Shown: positions 35,743 through 45,442 of the stretch, one piece after another
Numbering within the stretch: position 1 is the stretch's first letter
Layout: each line of letters starts with the position of its first letter
NCBI GenBank assembly: GCA_963663475.2
Contig: CAXXJV010000001.1
Coordinates: forward strand, 2,510,578 to 2,574,577
Direction of reading: 5' to 3'
Length of the DNA: 64,000 nucleotides
Source of the DNA: Candidatus Cloacimonadales bacterium
Lineage (GTDB): Bacteria; Cloacimonadota; Cloacimonadia; Cloacimonadales; JAFGVF01
The notes under the pieces: generated by a model
Seen by the model: the letters and a program-made list of their open reading frames with translations, nothing else
Databases searched by the model: none
What the model was told of the DNA's origin: nothing
Position numbers and translations under genes: made by a program

Positions 35743-36669
35743 TTAAGTGAACATTGCATTCACAAATTCCTTTGCATCAAAATCTTGTAAATCTTCAATC
35801 CCTTCTCCAACACCTATTAGTTTTACAGGAATATTTAATACTTTTTTAATATTCAAGACAATGCCTCCCTTGGCTGTTCCATCTAGTTTAGTTAATACTA
35901 AGCCAGTAAGTGGTACTATACCATTGAATGTTTTTGCCTGATTAATTGCATTTTGACCTGTTGTAGAATCTAAGACTAAGAATACTTCATGGGGGCCATC
36001 AGGTGCTACTTTCTTGATGGTTCGATAGATTTTTTCTAACTCTTTCATTAAGTTAGCCCTATTATGCTGTCTGCCAGCCGTATCTATCATAACAACATCT
36101 TTATTTTTGGCTATAGCAGACCTTATTCCATCAAATACTACTGCTGAAGGATCTGCACCTTGATCTTGTTTAACAATATCAACATCTGCTCGTTCAGACC
36201 AAATAGTTAACTGTTCTACAGCGGCAGCTCGGAAGGTATCTCCTGCAATCATTAAAACTGATTTTTTTTCATCATTAAACCGCTTGGCTAATTTACCAAT
36301 AGTAGTTGTCTTACCCACACCATTAACGCCAATAAACAAGATTATGTATGGCTTTTTATCTGTCATTTCAAAAACTTGACCTTCTTCCTCATAATCAGCC
36401 ATTAGCTCTTGAGTCATTATATTTTTTATAATTTCTTGAACTTGTTCTGTTTCTTTAATTTTATTTATTCTAATTTCATCTCTTAACTTATCAATAATTT
36501 TAGTGGTCATCTCAACTCCAGTATCACCCTGAAGTAAGATTTCTTCCAACTGCTCTAAAAGTTCTTCATCTACTACGCCTCTAAGCTTGACAGCTTCGGC
36601 TATTTTACCTATGAAATTATTTTTAGTAGTAGCTAATTTATCTTTTAGCTTTTTTACAAATTTAAACAT
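35743..36669 (-). CDS. ftsY: Signal recognition particle receptor
   Basis: GVNGVGKTTTIGKLA, DTAGR, TKLDGTAKGG. Confidence 0.9.
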   Translation of the reverse strand: MFKFVKKLKDKLATTKNNFIGKIAEAVKLRGVVDEELLEQLEEILLQGDTGVEMTTKIIDKLRDEIRINKIKETEQVQEIIKNIMTQELMADYEEEGQVFEMTDKKPYIILFIGVNGVGKTTTIGKLAKRFNDEKKSVLMIAGDTFRAAAVEQLTIWSERADVDIVKQDQGADPSAVVFDGIRSAIAKNKDVVMIDTAGRQHNRANLMKELEKIYRTIKKVAPDGPHEVFLVLDSTTGQNAINQAKTFNGIVPLTGLVLTKLDGTAKGGIVLNIKKVLNIPVKLIGVGEGIEDLQDFDAKEFVNAMFT

Positions 36670-36707
36670 TATTCTGCTCCTAAAGTAAATAACTATTATG
36701 TTATGTC

Positions 36708-36735
36708 ATTATAAGTGATCTTAGTTAAAAGTCAA
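36708..36735 (-). promoter_or_regulatory. Sigma70 promoter of the ftsY-xseB-ispA-dut operon
   Basis: Minus strand: TTGACT(36735-36730)-N16-TATAAT(36713-36708). Confidence 0.65.
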
Positions 36736-36922
36736 TAGAAAATATTATTTTGTTGAATTATACCTCTAATTGTTATTTTTACTGATTATCATAATATTTA
36801 AGTTTTAAAAAAAAGCCCCGAATTAACGAGACTTTAATGTCATTGCGATAAATCCGCAGAAACTAAAACAAAAAGGGAAGAAATACCTCCATTTTTAACT
36901 TTTCATTGAAACCAAGTATGTC

Positions 36923-38659
36923 CTATTTTAAAAGTATCCCTTTGCCAGTACTAACTTCATTATTGTTTCTAATCCTAAACAAATATAAGCCTGAAGCTAC
37001 ACTTCTATTGTGATTATCCACCCCATGCCAGGTAAAGTTATGAGTGCCTGCTGATTGCTTAGCTAAGTCTTTTGTATAGACTTTTTGCCCTTTAATGTTA
37101 TAAATTTCGACATATACATTACTGCTTTTCTTAAGAGTATAAGCTATTGTAGTTGTGGGATTAAAAGGATTAGGATATAGAGAGTTTATCCTAATATCAG
37201 AAACAGCGTTGACGTCTATATTTTCTTCTAAATCGTCATTATCAGTTGCAATAATATTATAAGTTAGAAAAGGATAACCATCATTAATTTCAGGGTTAAT
37301 ATCCCAGACATCCCAATCTGCAACATCACCATAAGGATCACCCACAAAATCCCATGGAAGATAATCATAAACTTGAGTATAAGTTGCGACATCTTTCATT
37401 TGAGCAGTAGTCATACCATCAGCATGAATCAAAACTTCAGGATTTATCTCTGCCACTTCATAATCTACATAATTATCATATCCTACCCAGAATTCTCCCC
37501 CAAAAGGAATTGTAAAACCTGCATCCCTATCTGAACCTATAATTCGGTTAGCTGTATATGATCTATTAATACCTCCATTAAGTTGAACATAAAAATCACC
37601 GGCAAAAAGATTAATCATTGGATTATTGTTCTCCTGGGCATAGATATCAACCATAGTGTAGCTATTAGAAATAAAACAAAACAGTGCAGAACCTATAAAC
37701 CCCCCAGTACAATCTGAGCCGGTTATAAACCCTTTTGCACTACAACCGGCTATTTCAGGGAATTGAGGATCTGGATTATCAGCATCGGCACCTCTCATGT
37801 TCCCTACAAATCCACCAACATACTCTAGCGTTTCATTATTTAATGATTCTATCTCTGTATAGGAGTGACAATCTACAATATCATAACCATTACTTCCTAC
37901 AAAGCCTCCAATATAAGAACCTCCATTTAGCACAATATATGATTCACTTTGGCAAAGAAAAATCTCTCCATCGTTACTACCTATGAATCCTCCAACTATC
38001 TCTAAAACATAATGTTCGCTGTAAAGTTCTAAGGTGCTACTGCAATTTTGAATCCTTGAACCTGAAGAAGAACCAACAAATCCACCTATATCTCCAGGAG
38101 ATTGAGAAATATCTGCTATGTTTATCACAACTTCGGAAGAAGAATATTCTATCAATGAACTATTTACAAATGTAGCAATGCCTCCACTTTTTTCATAACA
38201 TAAAATACTTCCTGATACAGTAACATTGTATACAGAACTTTCTGAAGTTATTCCTATAGCCAATAAGCCTACAATAGAACCAGTATAATTAAAATCTCTT
38301 AAAGTTAAATTTTTAACTAGACCACCAGTTATCTGTCGGAAGAAACTAGCATTACCATCAACTCCACGATTAAGGTAATGATTGAGAATTTCATAGCTTC
38401 CCCCATCATACTGTCCAGAAAACCAAATATCATTCCATTCAGCTACTTCATTTACATTAGCAGACTCAGAAGCATCAATATCAGCTGTTTGAAGAAAATA
38501 GCTATCCCAAACCTCTTCAGTCTCAGATAACCAAAGTAAATGAGCAAATTCGCTTATTAAATACGGGTCATCTTCTGTCCCTAAACCAGGAGCTTGTAGC
38601 CCCTGACCACATAACATAACACTACAAACACATAGCACAGTCACAAATAATAACTTCAT
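36923..38659 (-). CDS. Secreted GLUG-motif repeat protein with T9SS-type C-terminal sorting domain
   Basis: Signal peptide. Repeated (I/V)GGF(V/I)GS..G.I..C motifs. C-terminal LYPNPFNPTTTIAYTL..VEIYNIKGQKV..VASGLYLF. Confidence 0.8.
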   Translation of the reverse strand: MKLLFVTVLCVCSVMLCGQGLQAPGLGTEDDPYLISEFAHLLWLSETEEVWDSYFLQTADIDASESANVNEVAEWNDIWFSGQYDGGSYEILNHYLNRGVDGNASFFRQITGGLVKNLTLRDFNYTGSIVGLLAIGITSESSVYNVTVSGSILCYEKSGGIATFVNSSLIEYSSSEVVINIADISQSPGDIGGFVGSSSGSRIQNCSSTLELYSEHYVLEIVGGFIGSNDGEIFLCQSESYIVLNGGSYIGGFVGSNGYDIVDCHSYTEIESLNNETLEYVGGFVGNMRGADADNPDPQFPEIAGCSAKGFITGSDCTGGFIGSALFCFISNSYTMVDIYAQENNNPMINLFAGDFYVQLNGGINRSYTANRIIGSDRDAGFTIPFGGEFWVGYDNYVDYEVAEINPEVLIHADGMTTAQMKDVATYTQVYDYLPWDFVGDPYGDVADWDVWDINPEINDGYPFLTYNIIATDNDDLEENIDVNAVSDIRINSLYPNPFNPTTTIAYTLKKSSNVYVEIYNIKGQKVYTKDLAKQSAGTHNFTWHGVDNHNRSVASGLYLFRIRNNNEVSTGKGILLK

Positions 38660-38701
38660 TTTTACTCCCTTTTCTATATTATACTCAATATCTTTAAGTT
38701 T

Positions 38702-38736
38702 AAGATCAATACAGAGAGAGACATCCTCCCTCTGTA
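38702..38736 (-). terminator. Hairpin downstream of the CTD remnant
   Basis: tacagagagag-acatc-ctccctctgta (one mismatch), then TTGATCTT on the minus strand. Confidence 0.35.
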
Positions 38737-38763
38737 TTATATTATATTAATCTACATTTTCTG

Positions 38764-39054
38764 TCAACTATTCATAAGAATCATTTTATTAACAACATTA
38801 TCATTATCAGAAGAGACTTTATACAAATAAATGCCTGAAGATACTTTTTTGTTGTTTTCATTGGTACCATTCCAAACAACTGAATGAATTCCTGGACTTA
38901 ACTTATTATTCACAAGTGTCTTAACACGCTGTCCTTTGATGTTGTAAATCTGTAACTTCACAACCGACTCATCTGCTATATCAAAGCTAATTGTTGTTTC
39001 TGGGTTAAATGGATTAGGGTATTTTGATGAAGTTTCAGAGTTAGAGGGACAACA
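38764..39054 (-). pseudogene. Stand-alone T9SS-type C-terminal sorting domain; remnant of a decayed cargo gene
   Basis: The frame is open only from a TAA at 39055-39057: CCPSNSETSSKYPNPFNPETTISFDIADESVVKLQIYNIKGQRV... No signal peptide or passenger domain. Upstream DNA (39058-39270) has only tiny ORFs. Confidence 0.65.
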
Positions 39055-39271
39055 TTATCTGTTTCAGAATCCTCCATACCAAATATTTGATAGATGTCAC
39101 TCCTTTTTTAATTTTAATTTCTCATTTTATTAGTCAAGTATAAATAACTAATAACTTCAATAATCCTTTTCATTTCACACAAGGTTTGTTTATTTATTTT
39201 TTACTACATAAGTCACCTCCTCATTGTAGGCAATAATTTTTTCATTTTCTTCCTTTTTGTTTAAACACTTT

Positions 39272-39463
39272 TTAATGCTTTTCGATTACTACAGTTTCTC
39301 CATTAACTTCAAGAGTAACAACTTCATCATCATCTGATAGAATAATATAATCTGTTCCTTGAACCTCTTCCCAAGTTACAACTCTTAAGCCTTGATATAG
39401 TTCTTGACTTATTAAGGGACAACATAATAATAACATAATAATAATTAAAAGTTTGAACTTCAT
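39272..39463 (-). CDS. 63-aa secreted protein
   Basis: Signal peptide MKFKLLIIIMLLLCCPLISQ; acidic mature part. Confidence 0.45.
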   Translation of the reverse strand: MKFKLLIIIMLLLCCPLISQELYQGLRVVTWEEVQGTDYIILSDDDEVVTLEVNGETVVIEKH

Positions 39464-39541
39464 TTTTACCTCTCTCTATATATATAGACTATAAAAGAGA
39501 TTAAAAATGTGCTAGTTTTTCATAAACCCCTATTATACTGA

Positions 39542-40510
39542 ATGCTACAGAGGAACAGCGAAATGAATAAAGTTATTAGTAAGGCCTTTGAAAGATCTAA
39601 ATTTATTGCCTTAAAATATGTCAAAGATATAGATATTGCTGAAGAAGTTGCTCAATTATCGACTATTCAGTTATATTTAAACTTTGATAAAATTGATAAA
39701 ACAAAGATAAACAGCTGGTTATTTGCTGTTACTCGCAATCTTTGTTTGGACATTTTAAAAAAACAAAATGAGACTATAGAGATTTTAGTAGATCCTTTGA
39801 ATTTAAGTAAAGCCATAGCTTATACACAAATTGGGATAAATGAAGAGCTTGACATAGATATTTATGCTTTTATTTCTCAAGCAGATAAAAAGTTATTAAA
39901 GAAATACTACAATCAAAATGTGCCTATCTTTAAATTAGCTCAAGATTTCAAGATTAAGGAAAGTAAGCTTAAGCAAAAAATACATTCATTAGAAAATGAG
40001 ATTAAACTGTTTCATTTGATCACTAGTGATGTTATCTATTTTAAACCTATCACAAATACCAAATTGGCTAAAAAGATAGATAATTTAATTAAAGCTCTAG
40101 TAAAAGCTCTCCAAAACAATAATTTAGCTTCTATGAGAAGATATTGCAAAGGGGCTATCATTCATGATTCAATCAAGAAGATTAAGATTAAATCTTATGA
40201 AGCATGTAAAATAAAAGTAATTGAAGATAATAATTATGAAATGGTTGTAGGCTATTTAGATTTTGAAAATCGAATAAGAGTTTTTTTTATTAATTTCTCA
40301 ATCACTAAGTCTGGAAATATTCAGGTCTTGGAAATGCCTATTTTACCTAAAAGGGTTTTAGTGATTGATAAAAAACATGTTGCCCATCAGAACCCAACTA
40401 AAGAACTCACAAATAGGAAAGGTGTGTATAATAACAAACTTGGCACAATTGATGAGATGAAAGATAAAGGGATTGCTAAAGTAATTCAAACGGAAGATGA
40501 CTTTAGCTAA
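39542..40510 (+). CDS. ECF-like sigma-70 family factor with ~170-aa C-terminal extension (start possibly ATG 39563)
   Basis: Region 2: DIAEEVAQLSTIQLYLNF..INSWLFAVTRNLCLDILKK. Region 4: ADKKLLKKYYNQNVPIFKLAQDFKIKESKLKQKIHSLE. GAGGAA precedes the second ATG. Confidence 0.7.
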   Translation: MLQRNSEMNKVISKAFERSKFIALKYVKDIDIAEEVAQLSTIQLYLNFDKIDKTKINSWLFAVTRNLCLDILKKQNETIEILVDPLNLSKAIAYTQIGINEELDIDIYAFISQADKKLLKKYYNQNVPIFKLAQDFKIKESKLKQKIHSLENEIKLFHLITSDVIYFKPITNTKLAKKIDNLIKALVKALQNNNLASMRRYCKGAIIHDSIKKIKIKSYEACKIKVIEDNNYEMVVGYLDFENRIRVFFINFSITKSGNIQVLEMPILPKRVLVIDKKHVAHQNPTKELTNRKGVYNNKLGTIDEMKDKGIAKVIQTEDDFS

Positions 40511-40579
40511 ACCATAAGCAACTGAACACAACAAATGTTTCCCTACCACTAAAACTATTCTATTAAATCAAGATTTTCA

Positions 40580-40609
40580 TTGACGAATTTGCCTTGAAAG
40601 ATTTAATAT
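40580..40609 (+). promoter_or_regulatory. Candidate sigma70 promoter of the CoA-transferase operon
   Basis: TTGACG(40580-85)-N18-TAATAT(40604-09). It lies inside the ORF-track start, which supports the downstream ATG. Confidence 0.45.
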
Positions 40610-40638
40610 GCAAAAAAATCATTAATATAGGAGTCAAG

Positions 40639-41292
40639 ATGGCTAAAGTTATTACTTCTAAACAGGCTGCAGAGATGATTAGACCCAATGATAGACTTAT
40701 GATTGGTGGATTTCTTGCAGTTGGAGCCCCAGAAACAATAATTGATGAATTAGTGAAAAGCAATGTAAAAAACTTACACGCAATCGTTATTGCATCTGAT
40801 TATGAAAATAGAGGAATCGGTAAATTGGTTGCAAACAAACAAATTAAATCAGCTCAAGTTTCCCATTTAGGAACAAATAGAGAAATACAAGCACAAATGA
40901 ATGCTGGACTTATCGACATTGAATTAGTTCCCCAAGGAACACTTATGGAGAGAGTAAGAGCTGCTGGTGCTGGTTTAGGTGGCATTCTAACTCAAACAGG
41001 TTTAGGCACTTTAGCTCAAGAAGGAAAACCTGTTATCGAATCTGACGGTAAACTCTATATTTTAGAAAAACCAATCCATGCTGATTTTGCTCTGATTAGA
41101 GCTCATAAGGCAGACAAATTAGGAAACTTAGTTTATAATAAAACTGCTCGTAACTCTAATCCTAATATGGCTATGGCTGGCAAAATCACAATTGCTGAAG
41201 TTGATGAAATTGTTGAAGTTGGCCAAATTGACCCAGAAGCTGTTGTTACTCCAGGTGTGTTTGTTGATTACATAGTAAAAAGGGAGGCATAA
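40639..41292 (+). CDS. 3-oxoacid/acetate CoA-transferase subunit A
   Basis: AGGAG-N5-ATG at 40639; MAKVITSKQAAEMI...GGFLAVGAPETIIDEL. The track start at 40594 lacks an RBS. Confidence 0.85.
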   Translation: MAKVITSKQAAEMIRPNDRLMIGGFLAVGAPETIIDELVKSNVKNLHAIVIASDYENRGIGKLVANKQIKSAQVSHLGTNREIQAQMNAGLIDIELVPQGTLMERVRAAGAGLGGILTQTGLGTLAQEGKPVIESDGKLYILEKPIHADFALIRAHKADKLGNLVYNKTARNSNPNMAMAGKITIAEVDEIVEVGQIDPEAVVTPGVFVDYIVKREA

Positions 41293-41963
41293 TGGATAGA
41301 AATGATAAAAACTACAAAAGAGCTCTTATAGCAAAAAGAATTGCTCAAGAGCTTCATGATGGAGACTTTGTTAACTTAGGTATTGGACTTCCCACACTAG
41401 TAGCTAATTATATCCCCGAAGGAATTACTGTTCATTTCCAAAGTGAAAATGGCATCATGGGTGTTGGTTCAGCACCAAGTCCTGAAAATCAAGACCAAGA
41501 TTTAATCAATGCGGGTGGTGGACATATCACAGCTCTTCCTGGTGCTTCTTATTTTGATTCTGCTACTTCTTTTGCTATTATTAGAGGTGGACATCTTAAT
41601 ATGACCGTTCTGGGAGCTTTACAAGTAGATGGTAAGGGTAACCTAGCAAACTGGATGATACCTGGTAAAATGGTTCCTGGTATGGGTGGAGCAATGGATC
41701 TAGTTACTGGTGCTAAAAATGTTGTAGTAGCTATGGAACATTGTGATAAACATGGTAATTCTAAGATTCTTAAGGAATGCACCTTACCACTGACAGCTAA
41801 GGGAAAAGTAACTCTTATTGTTACAGATATGGCTTTAATTAGAATCACTGACAAGGGTGCTATACTTGAAGAAATAGCTGCGGGATTAACTGTTGAAGAA
41901 GTACTTAATCATACCCAAGCAGAATTAATTGTAGCTGATAATATTAAAGAATTTGATGTTTAA
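41292..41963 (+). CDS. 3-oxoacid/acetate CoA-transferase subunit B
   Basis: Catalytic Glu motif FQSENGIMG; ATGA overlap with subunit A. Confidence 0.85.
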   Translation: MDRNDKNYKRALIAKRIAQELHDGDFVNLGIGLPTLVANYIPEGITVHFQSENGIMGVGSAPSPENQDQDLINAGGGHITALPGASYFDSATSFAIIRGGHLNMTVLGALQVDGKGNLANWMIPGKMVPGMGGAMDLVTGAKNVVVAMEHCDKHGNSKILKECTLPLTAKGKVTLIVTDMALIRITDKGAILEEIAAGLTVEEVLNHTQAELIVADNIKEFDV

Positions 41964-41994
41964 AAAAACTAAGTTTTTGTTAAACTAAATATTC

Positions 41995-42020
41995 AAGGCT
42001 GGGATTTCTCAGCCTTTTTT
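41995..42020 (+). terminator. Rho-independent terminator after the CoA-transferase operon
   Basis: aaggctg-ggatttct-cagcctt followed by tttt. Confidence 0.75.
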
Positions 42021-42096
42021 GATGTTATTTTATATTTTTCAATTGACTTGATTTAACTAATAATTAATTTTGTAAAAAAATTCTAAGGAGTCGCTT

Positions 42097-42417
42097 ATGT
42101 TCCCAGGTGGAAATATGAAACAGCTTATGAAAAAAGCTCAAAAAATGCAAAAAGATCTCTTGAAAGCTCAAGAAGAGATGGAAAATAAAATATTCTCAGC
42201 TTCCTCAGGTGGCGGTATGGTTAAAATTGACATGAATGGTAAATTTGAAGTAAAGTCTATCAAAATTGATCCTGAAGTCATCGATCCTGATGATGTTGAA
42301 ATGTTAGAAGACTTAATTTTAGCAGCTCTTAAAGATGGTTTTGAACAAGTCTCTAAAAACAATGAATCTTCCATGTCTGATGTTACAGGTGGAATGAAGA
42401 TACCAGGCTTATTCTAA
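42097..42417 (+). CDS. ybaB: Nucleoid-associated protein YbaB/EbfC
   Basis: GGNMKQLMKKAQKMQ..L...QEE and GGG.VK...NG motifs; AAGGAG RBS. Confidence 0.85.
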   Translation: MFPGGNMKQLMKKAQKMQKDLLKAQEEMENKIFSASSGGGMVKIDMNGKFEVKSIKIDPEVIDPDDVEMLEDLILAALKDGFEQVSKNNESSMSDVTGGMKIPGLF

Positions 42418-42425
42418 ACTAAGTA

Positions 42426-43019
42426 ATGATAAAAGCCATTGAAGACTTAAAGGATTCTTTAAAGACTTTGCCGGGCATTGGAGAAAAGACTGCTCAACGC
42501 CTGGCATTGCATATTTTATCTCAAGATAAGCTATATTCAAGCCAGCTAGGTGAATCTATCCTACAAGCAGTTGCTAAAATTGAAAATTGTAAAATATGCA
42601 ATATGCTTACAGATGATAATCCTTGTAGATTTTGTAGTGATATAAATCGCAATGATAAAAGCCTTTGTATTGTAGAACATACTGCTGATGTTTTTATGTT
42701 AGAATCTACTGGAGAGTTTTATGGTAAGTACTTTGTTTTAGGCAACTTACTATCTCCTATTGATGGAATAGGTCCTGATGATATTCATATTGACCAAGTC
42801 TTATCAAGAATAAAAGATTATGATGTTGAAGAAGTAATCATAGCATTAAGTCCATCTGTTGAAGGCGAAACAACAATAGCTTATATCGCAGATAGACTAG
42901 AGGATTGGTCTGGTAAAATAAGTAGATTATCTACAGGCATTCCTTTCGGTGGAGACCTTGAGTATTCTAATAAGATTACTATTGCTAATGCTTTAAAGCA
43001 TAGATTTAACATGAAATAG
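42426..43019 (+). CDS. recR: Recombination protein RecR
   Basis: LPGIGEKTAQRLA, Cys4 motif C.IC......C.FC, Toprim region. Confidence 0.9.
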   Translation: MIKAIEDLKDSLKTLPGIGEKTAQRLALHILSQDKLYSSQLGESILQAVAKIENCKICNMLTDDNPCRFCSDINRNDKSLCIVEHTADVFMLESTGEFYGKYFVLGNLLSPIDGIGPDDIHIDQVLSRIKDYDVEEVIIALSPSVEGETTIAYIADRLEDWSGKISRLSTGIPFGGDLEYSNKITIANALKHRFNMK

Positions 43020-43027
43020 TAGGGCCC

Positions 43028-43672
43028 ATGTTTACAGGAATAATAGAAGAAATTGGAAAAATTTCCAGTATTAGCAATCATGGGGGCAAGAAATATTTTA
43101 CCATTGAAGCTAGTAAAATAAATAGTGACTTGAAAATTGGTGATTCAGTTGCTTGTAATGGGATTTGTTTAACTTTAATAAGTTTTACAGATAAAGCAAT
43201 AACTATTGAAGCCATGAATGAGACAATTGCTAAAACAAGTGCTAAATATTGGTCGCTTGGTAATTCTATCAATTTAGAAAGAGCCTTAAGGTTCAATAGT
43301 AGACTAGATGGGCATATCGTGCAAGGTCATGTTGATACTATCTCGCAAGTTCTTACTGTTAAAAAGCAAAATAATACACGCTATATTGAAGTAGTTCTAG
43401 ACCAGCAATATGCTGATCTTGTCGTAGCTCAAGGTTCAATTGCAATCAATGGGGTAAGTTTAACTATTGCTAAACTTAATAATAAAAGTCTGCAAGTAGC
43501 TCTAATATCTTTAACTGAAGATTTAACTAACTTATCACTTGTTAAAGTTGGCGATTATGTTAATCTTGAGTTCGATATTATAGGTAAATATATTCTTAGA
43601 AGCCAAGAGTTAAAGAAACAATCATCAGCTTCACAAATAACAAAAGCATGGTTATATGAACAAGGTTTTTAA
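43028..43672 (+). CDS. ribE: Riboflavin synthase (alpha chain)
   Basis: MFTGIIEEIG, GDS(V/I)A.NG.CLT and NGVSLT duplicated lumazine-binding motifs. Confidence 0.9.
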   Translation: MFTGIIEEIGKISSISNHGGKKYFTIEASKINSDLKIGDSVACNGICLTLISFTDKAITIEAMNETIAKTSAKYWSLGNSINLERALRFNSRLDGHIVQGHVDTISQVLTVKKQNNTRYIEVVLDQQYADLVVAQGSIAINGVSLTIAKLNNKSLQVALISLTEDLTNLSLVKVGDYVNLEFDIIGKYILRSQELKKQSSASQITKAWLYEQGF

Positions 43673-44939
43673 GTTTTCTCTCTTACTAATTATCCTTTTG
43701 GTTGCTTGTGGCAAAGCCAAAAGTCCTACTGGTGGTCCTCAAGACAAAGAAGCATTAAAAATTATCTCTATATTTCCAGATAATTATGCTTCTATAAGTG
43801 ATAAAAAGATTGAAATAACCTTCAACAAAGAAGTAGATAAAAGATCAGCCCAAAATGCATTTAGATTTTATCCTCCCCTAGAATCCTTTGATATTATAAG
43901 TGATGATAGAGAAATAAGCCTAGTAATCAATGAGGAACTGCTAAAGAATAGAAACTACTATTTAACAATATCTAATCTCCTAAAAGATACTCGTAACAAC
44001 AGCTTAGATTCTAATACGACTTATACCTTTAGTAATGGTAAGTTGCAAGACTCTAGACTTTTTGGTCAAGTTATCTATGCTAAAGATGAAGATAAAGCTG
44101 AAGATAAAAAGCTGATTTTGCTTGATCAAGATTCTGTAACAGTCTTTATCAAGACTTTTTCAGGTCATAACTATGATATTGATGGTTTAGAATATAGGCC
44201 TTATATTCTAAGATCTTTTATAGATAAAAATAACAATGGAAGATATGATATTGAAAAAGAGCCTTATTTTGAAAAGTATATAGATTCTCTTAAAACCAGT
44301 AAAAGTGATATTGTCTTAGCTTATGTGGACACCTCAAGAGTCCTAACCCAGAGGGCAAGCGCTCTTAATAATCAACTTGTTGAAGTAAGCCTTTCTGAAG
44401 ATTTAGCAAGTTGGGATTCTTTAAGTATTATTAACCCAGCAGATTCTTCATCTTTATCTTTCAGTCATGCCTTTTCTCAAGAAGACAAGTTCTTTATTAT
44501 TACAAGCCTACAAGATACCTTAGACTATCGTCTAGCAATCTTCAATTTGCTTGATAATAATAATAACCTAACTCCTGTATCAAGAATTAATTTCAAAGGA
44601 TCAAGTCATATTGACACCCTTAATTTTAAAATTCTTGATTCATTTCCCGCCAACGGTTCTACTGTTAACGAAAGCTTTCCAGAAATTTATGTAAAATTTG
44701 ATAAGATTGTTATGGGACAAGATATCAAAGCTAGTTTAAAAGAGAATGAAACTAATAAACTTATTGATTTTGATATAATAGAAAGTAAGACTTTTTCTGC
44801 TAAATTCAAGCCCCAAAATAAACTAAAGAGTTTCAATAGCTATACTTTTACTATTTCCAGTGAAAGTAAAGACTTTTTAGGAAACAATTTAGACCAAGAT
44901 TTTCAAATCAACTTTATGGTTACAGGAAATAACCAATAA
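43656..44939 (+). CDS. Lipoprotein with SbsA-type Ig-like (Big_5-like) domains
   Basis: Lipobox LLVAC; I.S..P.N.....D..I.ITFNKEVD pattern at the N-terminus and again near aa 325. Confidence 0.55.
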   Translation: MNKVFKFSLLLIILLVACGKAKSPTGGPQDKEALKIISIFPDNYASISDKKIEITFNKEVDKRSAQNAFRFYPPLESFDIISDDREISLVINEELLKNRNYYLTISNLLKDTRNNSLDSNTTYTFSNGKLQDSRLFGQVIYAKDEDKAEDKKLILLDQDSVTVFIKTFSGHNYDIDGLEYRPYILRSFIDKNNNGRYDIEKEPYFEKYIDSLKTSKSDIVLAYVDTSRVLTQRASALNNQLVEVSLSEDLASWDSLSIINPADSSSLSFSHAFSQEDKFFIITSLQDTLDYRLAIFNLLDNNNNLTPVSRINFKGSSHIDTLNFKILDSFPANGSTVNESFPEIYVKFDKIVMGQDIKASLKENETNKLIDFDIIESKTFSAKFKPQNKLKSFNSYTFTISSESKDFLGNNLDQDFQINFMVTGNNQ

Positions 44940-44940
44940 C

Positions 44941-45345
44941 TTAGATTGAGATTATTACTTCTCTTTGTCTTGGACCATCAAACTCACAGAAATATATTCC
45001 CTGCCAAGTACCTAAAAGAAGTTCATTAGCCTCATAAGGAATGTTAATCGATGTTCCCACTATACTTGAGAGAAAATGAGCATAAGAGTTGCCTTCTTGG
45101 TGCAGATACTCTCTTAAGTTTGGAGAAATTCTTTTAAAGGCAAACTTTAGATCATAGACAACATCTGGATCTGCAGCTTCATTAATTGTAACACCAGCAG
45201 TAGTGTGCGGGATGTAGATGTTTACTAGTCCATTGTGTTGAGGTGATTCTTCAACTAATGCTTGCACAATCTTAGTGATTTCAATCATATCAATCTTAGC
45301 ATTTGTATTTACTTTAATCCTTTTAATTAGCATAATTTCCTCCAA
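44941..45345 (-). CDS. yjbQ: YjbQ/UPF0047 family protein (secondary thiamine-phosphate synthase family)
   Basis: PHTTAGVTINEAADPDV..D, GNSYAH and LGTWQGIYFCEFDGPR motifs. Confidence 0.8.
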   Translation of the reverse strand: MEEIMLIKRIKVNTNAKIDMIEITKIVQALVEESPQHNGLVNIYIPHTTAGVTINEAADPDVVYDLKFAFKRISPNLREYLHQEGNSYAHFLSSIVGTSINIPYEANELLLGTWQGIYFCEFDGPRQREVIISI

Positions 45346-45442
45346 CTTTTACTAATAATCCCTAATAAAACAGTAGATCTTGCAATAAATTTCTACCACA
45401 CTATCTATTATAATTTAACTAATTAAACTAATTTTCAAAGAT

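Noticed and set aside
44937-44943. Convergent stop codons of the Ig-like lipoprotein gene and yjbQ separated by a single nucleotide
   Set aside because: Real in the sequence, but this is a common compaction feature. No terminator or regulatory structure could be associated with it, so it is not reported as a finding.
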